The notes below the pieces were generated by a model. It did no database searches, had not been told where the DNA came from, and saw only the letters and a list, made by a program, of their open reading frames with translations. A DNA stretch of 64,000 nucleotides from Octopus vulgaris (Eukaryota): positions 45,136,001 to 45,200,000 of the forward strand of contig OX597814.1 of NCBI GenBank assembly GCA_951406725.2, read 5' to 3'. The position numbers and the translations under genes were made by a program. This document shows positions 54,979-64,000 of the stretch, one piece after another. Positions within the stretch are counted from its first letter, which is position 1. Each line of letters starts with the position of its first letter.

Positions 54979-55149
54979 TCCGGTGTACCTCCAATATAAT
55001 ACCTATATAATTTTTTACCCGATTTTTATGTTCTTTGTACTAAGAACTGTTCGGATAAATTTTTTTGAACCTAGTAAACAAGTTCGTTTCCTGTAATACA
55101 CCCGGCTTGATTTCTTTCTAAAAATTGTCCATCGTTTCAGCAAGGGGAA

Positions 55150-55720
55150 TGGGTATGAACATGGGGCTGGACAAATATGCCAGAGTGACACTGAGAAGAG
55201 GCAAATTAATCAGCACTGAAAGCATTGAATAGAAATCAGAGAATTAAAACACAGTCGCCCATACAAATATCTAGGGAGAGACCAAACAACTGGAATGCAA
55301 CACACAGAAATGAACAAAAAAATTGAGAGAGAATATTACAGAAGAGTTAGGCTAAGTCGATGCTAAAAATAAGTCAATGGAGATAAACACGCTAGCCATA
55401 TCAGACAAAAATTACAGCTCCAACATAGATTGGAAGATCAGTAAATTGAGAAACTTAGAAAAACCGGAAAACTATTAATAGTATGCCGAGGTCACCATTC
55501 AAAAGCAGGTATACACAAAATATATCTACCCCGCTCAGAAGGAGATTGCAGCCTGACACAGATAGAGAACTGCTATAAAATAACAATAGTTGGACTAGAA
55601 AAGTACTTAGAAACAAAAAGTGGAAGACTAATCATGTCATAAAACAATACAGAAGAAGAAAATACTTTTTTCTGTACACAAGGAGGCAACAAAATGCAAA
55701 ACAGAAACAAGCTACACTGA
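55150..55720 (+). mobile_element. R4/Dong-like RT thumb-region fragment
   Basis: GMNMGLDKYARVTLRRGKL, PYKYLG, KKIEREYYRRVRL, AKNKSMEINTLAI, HHSKAGIHKIYLPRSEG (cf. HPKADVDRLYLPR.EGGRGL). Confidence 0.8.
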
Positions 55721-55759
55721 TTCCTATAGCAGACAACATAAGAGAATTAATTAGCTTTA

Positions 55760-56109
55760 GCATGATGAAATAGAAATTAGATCTCTACTCAAGTGACATA
55801 GACTTAGGGTAAGTTAATATCAAGAGAGGATTTTTTCCAAGGAGACTCGTTATCCCCTGTAATATTAGTCTTTTGTCTGATCCCCTTCAGTTTAGTATTA
55901 AGGAAGTCAAAGGCAATGTATCAGTCCAGAAATAGTAATGGAAAATTTAACCATTTGCTTTGCAGGGATGATCTGAGGCTTTTTAGTATGAATGAAAAAG
56001 AGATAATACAAACTGTAAGACTCTTCAGCAAAACTATAGGCATTTGGAATTTGGCATAGATATGTCTGCAATATTAGGAAAAAGGGACAGGTAGTCAACA
56101 GTGAAGGCA

Positions 56110-56110
<1 letters not shown>
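55760..56110 (+). mobile_element. R4/Dong-like RT core fragment
   Basis: VNIKRG-FQGDSLSPVILVFCLIPFSLVLRK...FNHLLCRDDLRLFS (cf. INHLLYMDDLKLF)...EFGID. Confidence 0.82.
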
Positions 56111-56397
<287 letters not shown>

Positions 56398-56959
56398 AGT
56401 TGGTTCGGCAGGATGACATATCAGTAGAACTGTTTACCAATGGTTGAGATGAGGATATAGGCCACATTGTAATTAGGCTCAGCTTGGATACAAAAGTTAT
56501 AGACTTGATATTGCTGTGATAGTCCACTTATATTTTCCCATAAGTTTTGATTTTACATTCACAGAAAAGGGCTATGACAATTTTTGCTAGAATAGAAATG
56601 AAGGTCATAGTAGAATATGATATTGTAAATCGGTTCTATTAATTCAAGCCACGGCACAACATGCAGCATGCCGCAAGTTTCTTTTAATAGTTTCGATATA
56701 GGAAGAAGCGCAACACTCATTATCATTTACAAAACCCTGTAAAAGCAATCTTGTATCTTTCGCATTGGTTGTGGGTCAGAAAGAGCTCTTTGATATGAGC
56801 CATCACAAAATAGTGGGTGAGGTGTGTTGAAAAAGATTGTAACTCCTTGTCCGAAGAATTTACCCTGGAACGAGTGAGGAGGGAAGTAACATACATCTAT
56901 TTTTGAAACAAAAGAAGGATTTTTCTATATACTATAAAACGATAGTTTGTAGGGAGAGT

Positions 56960-57188
56960 TTTTATTGCCCACAAGGGGCTAAACATAGAGGGGACAAACA
57001 AAGACAGACATACGGATTAAGTCGATTACATTGACCCCAGTGCGTAACCGGTACTTTATTTATCGACCTCGAAAGGTTGAAAGGCAAAGTTGACCTCGGC
57101 GGAATTTGAGCGCAGAACGTAACGGCAGACGTAATACGGCTACGCATTTCGCTCGGCGTGCTAACGATTCTGCCAGCTCGCCGCCTTA
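56960..57188 (-). mobile_element. SINE family D, full-length
   Basis: Reverse complement of the 21142/23933 family, ending ...ctgccagctcgccgcctta on the + strand. Confidence 0.9.
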
Positions 57189-57940
57189 TGTGTGACAGGA
57201 TAGGATACCGAGCATGAATGCTTTCAAAAAAGATTGGACTCTGCTAATGACACCCAGAGGCCAGATTATGAAGTTCAACCGAGTGACACCTTTAGTTTAG
57301 CACGCAAAAATAAGAATGCTTCTACTGACGGCCTTCCACGTATCCAAATTCTACAAATAATGTATCCGCGTAGTGGTATCAAATCCCAAAGTAGAAAGAT
57401 ACGAAGCAAACTCTTTAACCAAATAGCCATCGCCGTGCCCAAAGCCATGACCAAGTAATATAATATATACTGAAAATTTAATAGTTATAGTATAAAATAA
57501 TTTCCAAATACTATCGTTATGAGCGCATTCAAAGGTTTGGGTAGCGTGTGTGTATGTATGTACACGTGTGTATGCATGTGCGTGTGTGTATTATGTGCGC
57601 CTATGTATGTATGTGTACGTGTGTATGGATGTGCGCGTGTTATGGCTTAAATATCAAGTCAAGGATGAACTCTGTTTGTGTAATCAATGCTGTTTATCTT
57701 TCCAAATCTATTTACATCAAACCATTTAGGTTGTCAGATGCTTGTTTCATTTAAGAATTTTCGTTACAAGTATATAGACACTATTGATTATGCACTCAAC
57801 ACTGTACTGTTTAGGATTGTTTACTAACAAGTTAGTAAATATCGTCGATGCAGAGATGAGCATTGTTAATATTACTATGAGCATTATCCTCATCATCGAT
57901 ATCATCGTCAACATCATCAGTGTCGCCATTGCAGTCATCA

Positions 57941-58222
57941 TTGTTGTTTGTTCCTTCTCGAGCCATGCCTGTCTCATAAGGGCCGGTTTCCCGGTTTCCT
58001 TGGCGTATAGGGACGCCGGTCCGTTGTAGGTGAGCTGCAAGATGCAAGAGGAAAGAGTGAGAGAAAGTTGTGACGAAAGAGTCAGCAGAACTTCGTCATT
58101 ACCTTCTGCCGGAGCCGCGTGCAGCTTAGGTGTTTCGCTCATAAACACATACATCGCCCGGTCTGAGATTTGAACCCGCGATCCCTCTACCGCGAGTCCG
58201 CTGCTCTAACCACTAGGCCATG
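57941..58222 (-). mobile_element. SINE with family B head/body and a third, different tail
   Basis: 58050-58222 aligns with 14398-14572; 57941-58045 (...ggaaaccgggaaaccggcccttatgagacaggcatggctcgagaaggaacaaacaac on the minus strand) is unrelated to the 14201 tail. Confidence 0.82.
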
Positions 58223-58349
58223 TCATCATTAGGATGATTGAACTAGATGAGTCTAAATGACGCTACACCAGGTTCTTTTCTGAACTCGATTCACTCTGCT
58301 CTATCCCTTCTCCTCGAAAATCTTGACCGTATATCGACTTCAAATAAAT

Positions 58350-58378
58350 TGTTCTTCTTCTTCTTCTTCTTCTTCTTC

Positions 58379-58427
<49 letters not shown>

Positions 58428-58434
58428 CATTATT

Positions 58435-58466
<32 letters not shown>

Positions 58467-58500
58467 CGTTGTTACTACTACTATTATTATTATTATTATG
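58350..58500. repeat. Compound (TTC)(TTA)(TTG)(CTA) trinucleotide array
   Basis: Directly visible. Confidence 0.9.
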
Positions 58501-58516
58501 CTGATTAATAAGACGA

Positions 58517-58730
58517 TGAGCTGGCACAATCATCAACACGTCGAACAAAATGCTTAGCAGTATTTCTTTTTTGACCTTTACGTTCTGATTTCAAATACTG
58601 CCGAAGCTGACTTTGCCTGCCATCATTTTGAGGTCGCTAAAATAAGTACCAGTCAAGTACTGCAATTAATGTAATCGGATTGTACCCTCCCCTCAAAATT
58701 GCTGGCCCTGTACCAAATTTAGAAAGAATC
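58517..58730 (+). mobile_element. SINE family D, older variant
   Basis: gagctggcacaatc...aaatgcttagcagtattt...gactttgcctgccatcattttgaggtcgctaaaataagtaccagtc. Confidence 0.75.
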
Positions 58731-59387
58731 GTAATTATGATTTATTATTGAAGGTAAGTTTGAACAGGTGTTGCAGTCAGACATCCTACTGAAAGATAAT
58801 TTTACAAACGTCTTAAAAACGTTTTATTTGTTTATATTTCTGTTCAGATTAACAGCTCATATTTCTGCCATACGCAATTTGCTTGCCTCGGTGATGGTAG
58901 CAATAGCTTCAATTACAGAAACAACACCACCTCGCCCCGATTATTTTCAAAACAATTATTTTTTAAACGAAATGAAATTAAACAAACATGAAAAACAACC
59001 GCTGTGCAATGGAAAATACAAAGTGCTGAAAAAATGAACTTAGATAAAAAAAATATATATATTTCTAAGCACAGCAAACAACAATAACAACAACATTTGT
59101 TCTTTTGCGATCGTTGTAAAGCATAAAAGGCTCAGCTTAGTGTCGCAAACGCGAGTAAAAGGAATATGCGGATCAATACCAGAGATATTGGAACAGACGT
59201 TGACGTTTGTCTTGCTATCTTTGTGAAAGCTGCAAGCACATGACGCACACGAAGGTGTATCACAACATTTGGTCAGGTGAGCGACTGTATGATCATTCAA
59301 ATGATCCCTCATGATCGCTGGTCTATTCCGGAGTTATACTTCATTAAAGGAGCTAAGAGTTTAATCAGACTAATGGTGCGGAAAGGA

Positions 59388-60157
59388 ATATGGTTTCGCC
59401 TGGATCCCAAAAACTGTGATGGATGAGACCGGCCGCAGACCACCAAACAGTCACCATGAAATTTTTTTTTTTTGGTGCAACTTTGGCTTCGGGAAGTGCC
59501 GTGGAGCTTCGTCGGCGTCGAACCACTGAGATGAGCGTCGCCGGTTTTCGTAAAGAATCCACTTTTCATCGCAAATCACAATCCGGTCGTTCTTGTTGCG
59601 TAAAAGAAGGGAAGACGACACTTCAAAACGGCGTTTCCTCTTTTCTTTTTTTTTTTTTTGGTTGTCGTTCAGTTCGTGCGGCACCCATTTCTCAAATTTG
59701 TTTTTCCAATCTCTTTCAAGTGGTTGGAAAATGTCATATACGTTACGTCTAATTTGGAAGCAAGCTCTCGAACAGTTGTGCGTGGATTGGCTTCGACTAA
59801 GGCTCTTAGTTGATCGTTGTCAACATCCGATGGCCGACCACTACACTTATTATCTTCAAGACTCTCGTCACCGCAACGAAACCTCTTGAACCACAATTGT
59901 GCTGTACGTTCATTAGTGGTTCTTGGGCCAAACACATCGTTAAAATCGTGGGTTGTTTTAGCAGCTTTTCGGCCTAGCTTGAACTGGAATAAGAAAATTG
60001 TGCGAATTTGCTTTTTGTCCATGTTGTATTCAACGTTCCGGAAAAAATGGCCTAATTATTCAAAAAGAAAAAGAGTAATTTAACGAAAATTAATTTGAAA
60101 ATACATCATTTAAAACCAAAATTTGAAATTCCGCAAGAACTTTCTTGACAACCTATA
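59388..60157 (-). mobile_element. 3'-truncated mariner transposon (Hsmar1/cecropia-like), frameshifted transposase
   Basis: ORF 59669-60022 MDKKQIRTIFLFQFKLGRKAA...WFKRFRCGDESLED..SGRPSDVDNDQLRALVEANPRTTVRELA; then WVPHEL, IVICDEKWILYEN, PKPKLHQKK, MVTVWWSAAGLIH..PGETI. 5' TIR TAtaggttgtcaagaaagttcttgcgg at 60131-60157. Confidence 0.92.
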
Positions 60158-62100
60158 CTACTATTATTTTTTATAACCTATTTTCAAATGTTTAATTATT
60201 AATTAATTAAAAAATGATTTTTTTTTAAAGTGCAAAAAATATTTTCATTGAATTATTTTTAATTTTTAATAGAAATAACAAGTAATAACAAATAGAAATA
60301 ATAACTTGTAATAACATTTTTAGTTTTAATAAAATATTCTATTTCAAATTTTATCTCTAGCTGCAATATTTTAAGTAAAAAATTTCTTGTTCTGTACTTT
60401 ATCAGATGTCCTGTACATTTCCAGGTTTATAATCTTAAGAATATTATTGCTCTGGCTCGCATTTTACGTGTAATACAGTAATCATAATAACAGCAGAGGC
60501 GAAGGAAAATAGTTGATCGTTTGCACAAATAATATATTCTTTTACTGGATGACAATACGGTCTTCATTTCGATAAAATATACATACATTAAGTTATGTCA
60601 CCAGATGTGATTTAGGAATGGTTTTCGCACATAGTGACATAATTTAGGAAAGCCTGTCATACCCAATGAAACAGGTGACGAATACACATATGTATGTTGA
60701 TAATAAAGAGATCTCGTAAGGAGATAAAAGTAGTATGGAACGGGGAAAGCTGCATACCACGCGGAAAACCAGAAAACATTTAACCTTCACAGATTCGTTA
60801 ATAAACACATTAGTTTTGCACTAAACACAGCCATATTTTAAGAAACAAACTTCGAGTACCTTGTGTTTATAGTAGTTTATATGAAATGGCGTGTCTCCAA
60901 TATGACAACTGATGACGTGACGTACCGCCAGAGATGGATTTGAAAGGAGTGGTGATAGTAATAGTAAATATTCCACAAGAAATCGCAAAAGGAACTTAAT
61001 CGAGAATTAAAATTGAGATACTGATATTCGTAGCACCAAGAAATATAAAAAGAAACATTCTTGACTATATCCCCTTTGCAGACAGGGGTAGTTGTGGGCC
61101 TGTTTCAAAGAAGAAAATCCGGATGCTTCAGTTACGTTACTAATAAATCTGGCTTCGGCGGGATTCTTATCAATTTAAATAAATCAAAAGTTATCGACAT
61201 GTCAACCATGGCTAAAAGTAGTCGTTTTCGGTCAGCTCGTCTTCAGAGGCTAGACTGCTTTATCTTATACTGTCATCTTCCAGGTGATTTTAGATGAAGC
61301 TATTCTTGAATTCTTGTTTGGTAGTATACTAGCACCTGACTGCTTACTCACTTTTTGACAACGAAGAGTAAATAATAGCTTTTTTCCTGGAGTTTAAGGT
61401 GAAATCTATATCATGCTTGTCAACGCTCGAAATAGCTGAAAGTAGTTCGTTTCTTCACAGCGATTATTGTATTATTAACTGGACCTCATCTCAATAAAAT
61501 ATTGTACACATGATGCAACGAGGAAAACCTATTTCTTTGGTATTCAGGGTGTTGGGATTTGCAGGGCCCTTTCATTAACCCTAGCAGCTTTTCTTACTGA
61601 AGTTATAAATATTAACATATAAATTTTTCTACTTATGCTTCTTTGTTTTTCGCACATAATCTAAATCCGTTACAGCCTGCATTTTCTCTTTATGACATCC
61701 CTCGTCATCACCTCAGTGGCAAGAAATAAATGGTGGGGGAAAGTGAGTAGATTGGTCTACATGGACCATGCGGCTGTAGTGTGGTGGCAAGAACTGGAGC
61801 AGGCATTGACCCCCTTTGATTACATCAAAGGCCAATGCCTTCTCCCAATTCTGAGCTTCTGTATAGGGTGCTCCGAATCCCGCTCTGTTGTTGTTGTCCC
61901 ACGACAAGGAGCATCTTCTTATTGTTTTTTCTTTGTTCTAATTATCATTACCTATATATAAATGTGATTGTATTGTTATTGTTGACTTCAATATTTTATT
62001 CGAAATAAATCCCCTACAGATCCTTATTTATTGTTGTCCTATGTATTTCACCTTTTATTGTCGCCAACGTCTCGAGCGCCACACGCTAATAAAAGAAATT

Positions 62101-62156
<56 letters not shown>
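62101..62156. repeat. (GTA)n microsatellite
   Basis: Directly visible. Confidence 0.95.
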
Positions 62157-62157
<1 letters not shown>

Positions 62158-62820
62158 TGTCTTGCTTTTATTTCTATTGAGCGCATATCTGAGTACAGCA
62201 TCCAATTTTTTTTGGTTTCAGGCATTCTATCTTACTGAGAGTATACTCCCCATAATATGTATATAATGCCAAGTAATATTTTCTGAATGCTCTCTCTTGG
62301 TGCGTGAGACATACACCACTTTTTTATTATAGAGATAATTTCTGTTTTCAATCACTACATCGCTATCTCCGCATTTTTATATTTGGAGAGTCAGATATCC
62401 TGGACATGAACAGCAGAAAGTATTACAGAGGTACTTTTAGACGTATGATTTTCCCTCGGACAGAAGCTGATTGGTAGAATTTCTCGCTCTCTAGGAATAT
62501 CTCGCTCTCTTGGGTTAGTGGGCTGCTGAAATGAATCATGAACATACGCAGTGATTGTGTAGGGGTAGATAATAAAAAGGGGATGTAAAAGCATTGCAAA
62601 TCTGCTCAAGCAGTTCCAGTAATTTGTTTATGTAAGTAAATAAATGAATAACTGAAATAACAGTACAATTCAGTCCTAATAAATGAAGGTATCTTAGGCC
62701 ATTTACGGAAAGTTATTCAGACTCAAATTCTACAATATCACAGAAACAAACAAACAAACAAAGAATCTTGCTTATAGAAATGTAGAATGCTCTTCAAATC
62801 GAATTTCCATTCATAAAACT

Positions 62821-63271
62821 ATAGAGAAGAATAAAGTTAGTATGCTTCGCTGGATGTTCAATGTTAGTGTGCATGTACAAGAAAGTGCAAATGTATTGAG
62901 AGAACAGTTAAGCGTAAGAGGAATTAGATTATTAGATTTAGCGTGCAAGAGAGAAGACTGCGCTGGTTTGGTCATGTGATGCGTATGGATGGGTACAGTT
63001 AAATCAAGAACTGCCGATCGCTTAAAGTGGATGGAACTGGTGGAAGAGGCAAACTCAGGAAGACAAAGGACGAGGAATTGAAGGCTGATCTCAAGATACT
63101 GAGCCTTACGAAGGAAGTGATAAAGGAATAAGATGACTGGTGTTTTGCAATGCTCAAGAAGACCCGTCCATTACAGTAAAAATGATATCCTAAAACCACT
63201 CGGTTATGCTTGTACATACATGTGAGACCCTTCCCCTCCCATTTTCATCCCTCCCCAATCTGTGGTACAAC
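62821..63271 (+). mobile_element. RTE-clade LINE 3' end (ORF C-terminus plus probable 3' UTR)
   Basis: SMLRWMFNVS...LREQLSVRGI...VQERRLRWFGHVMRMD...LKVDGTGGRGKLRKT...KADLKILSL...DDW is the typical RTE C-terminal pattern RLRWFGHV.R...G.R.RGRP.KTW. Confidence 0.85.
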
Positions 63272-63642
63272 ACGGCTTCTGTATTCACCTGAGATTAGAA
63301 TCTGCACATATTATATCCGATCCCCTTCCTAATGTGGGAGACCATTAAGGAGTAGATGAGATGTAATATATGCCTTCAGCTACTGCTCACTCTCCCTTCT
63401 GCGATACTTTACTTGTTCATAATCTGAGTTCGTCACCTGTACGATATATAAAATTATGGAAAACAATAACTAAATTGCGTGTGTCAACGGAATCGGAAAT
63501 TTGAAAGCAGTTAAAAATTCTACTTTGATTGAAGTAATAGTCAGAGTTGGTCACAGATGAGGGAAATGATGAAAATAGGAGGAGGGGCAGGGTCTCGCAT
63601 ATATGTACAAGCATAACCGAGTGGTTTTAGGATATCATTTTT
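63178..63642. repeat. Inverted repeat, arms of about 95 bp (63178-63271 and 63546-63642)
   Basis: Outer 41 bp are perfectly complementary (aaaaatgatatcctaaaaccactcggttatgcttgtacata); the inner part is progressively more diverged. Confidence 0.9.
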
Positions 63643-63668
63643 GCTCATTGAAGTAACAGTGTAATAAA

Positions 63669-64000
63669 GTCGGAGCGGGAACGCAACGAAGCGCGGAAAC
63701 GCAATCGCGAACGCACGGACATGACCCAGGAACGATGCTTCGAGGCGCCACGCGCGCCTCGACGACGGCGCCCGGAAGCACCGGCACCGGCGACGCTAGC
63801 GAAGACGTGTCACGTTCTCACTTTCGCTGTGCTGTCGGAGTTCGCGAAATGAAAGGCTCCAACGACTCGCAGTCGACTGGGACTCCTCGGTCCGTGTTTC
63901 AAGACGGGTCGGGTAAGTTGCCGATACACGTCACTGACCGGCGGCGGCGGGTGGCAGCGGGCGGCTTTTCGGGCGGCCCTGCGACCGCCGCGCGGCGACT
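63669..64000 (-). rRNA. 28S (LSU) rRNA fragment, D2-D3 region, truncated within D3 and running off the window edge
   Basis: Abrupt shift to GC/CpG-rich sequence. 63881-63910 reads GACCCGTCTTGAAACACGGACCGAGGAGTC on the minus strand, one substitution from the conserved LSU core GACCCGTCTTGAAACACGGACCAAGGAGTC, followed by GCGAGTC...GAAAGTGA as expected at the start of D3. Confidence 0.88.

Noticed and set aside
63669-64000. GC-rich end as a CpG-island promoter or bacterial contamination
   Set aside because: It contains the eukaryotic LSU rRNA core GACCCGTCTTGAAACACGGACC, which explains the composition.

Overview
This is AT-rich, repeat-saturated eukaryotic DNA. The tRNA-derived SINE families, the very high microsatellite density and a divergent, GC-rich 28S rRNA fragment fit an octopus or other coleoid cephalopod genome; that assignment is inference from recalled sequence style, not a database result. 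I recognise no intact host protein-coding gene, so this is probably intergenic DNA or a very large intron. Nearly all ORFs in the track are microsatellite translations or transposon relics. Supported content: (1) three Tc1/mariner relics, one with both TIRs and DD37D spacing; (2) a decayed hAT Buster/Charlie-type transposase; (3) a long-TIR MITE; (4) a decayed I-group-like LINE with a nested mariner and SINE; (5) several R4/Dong-like non-LTR fragments, an RTE 3' end and a Naiad-type Penelope-like RT; (6) about four SINE families with exchanged heads and tails; (7) three short (TA)n-associated elements carrying minimal hammerhead-ribozyme folds; (8) a minus-strand 28S rRNA fragment at the right edge, joined to an inverted copy of an RTE-downstream sequence. 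The best leads are the variant-core hammerhead elements, the 28S junction, microsatellite-flanked R4/Dong insertions, SINE module shuffling and one pre-miRNA-like hairpin.
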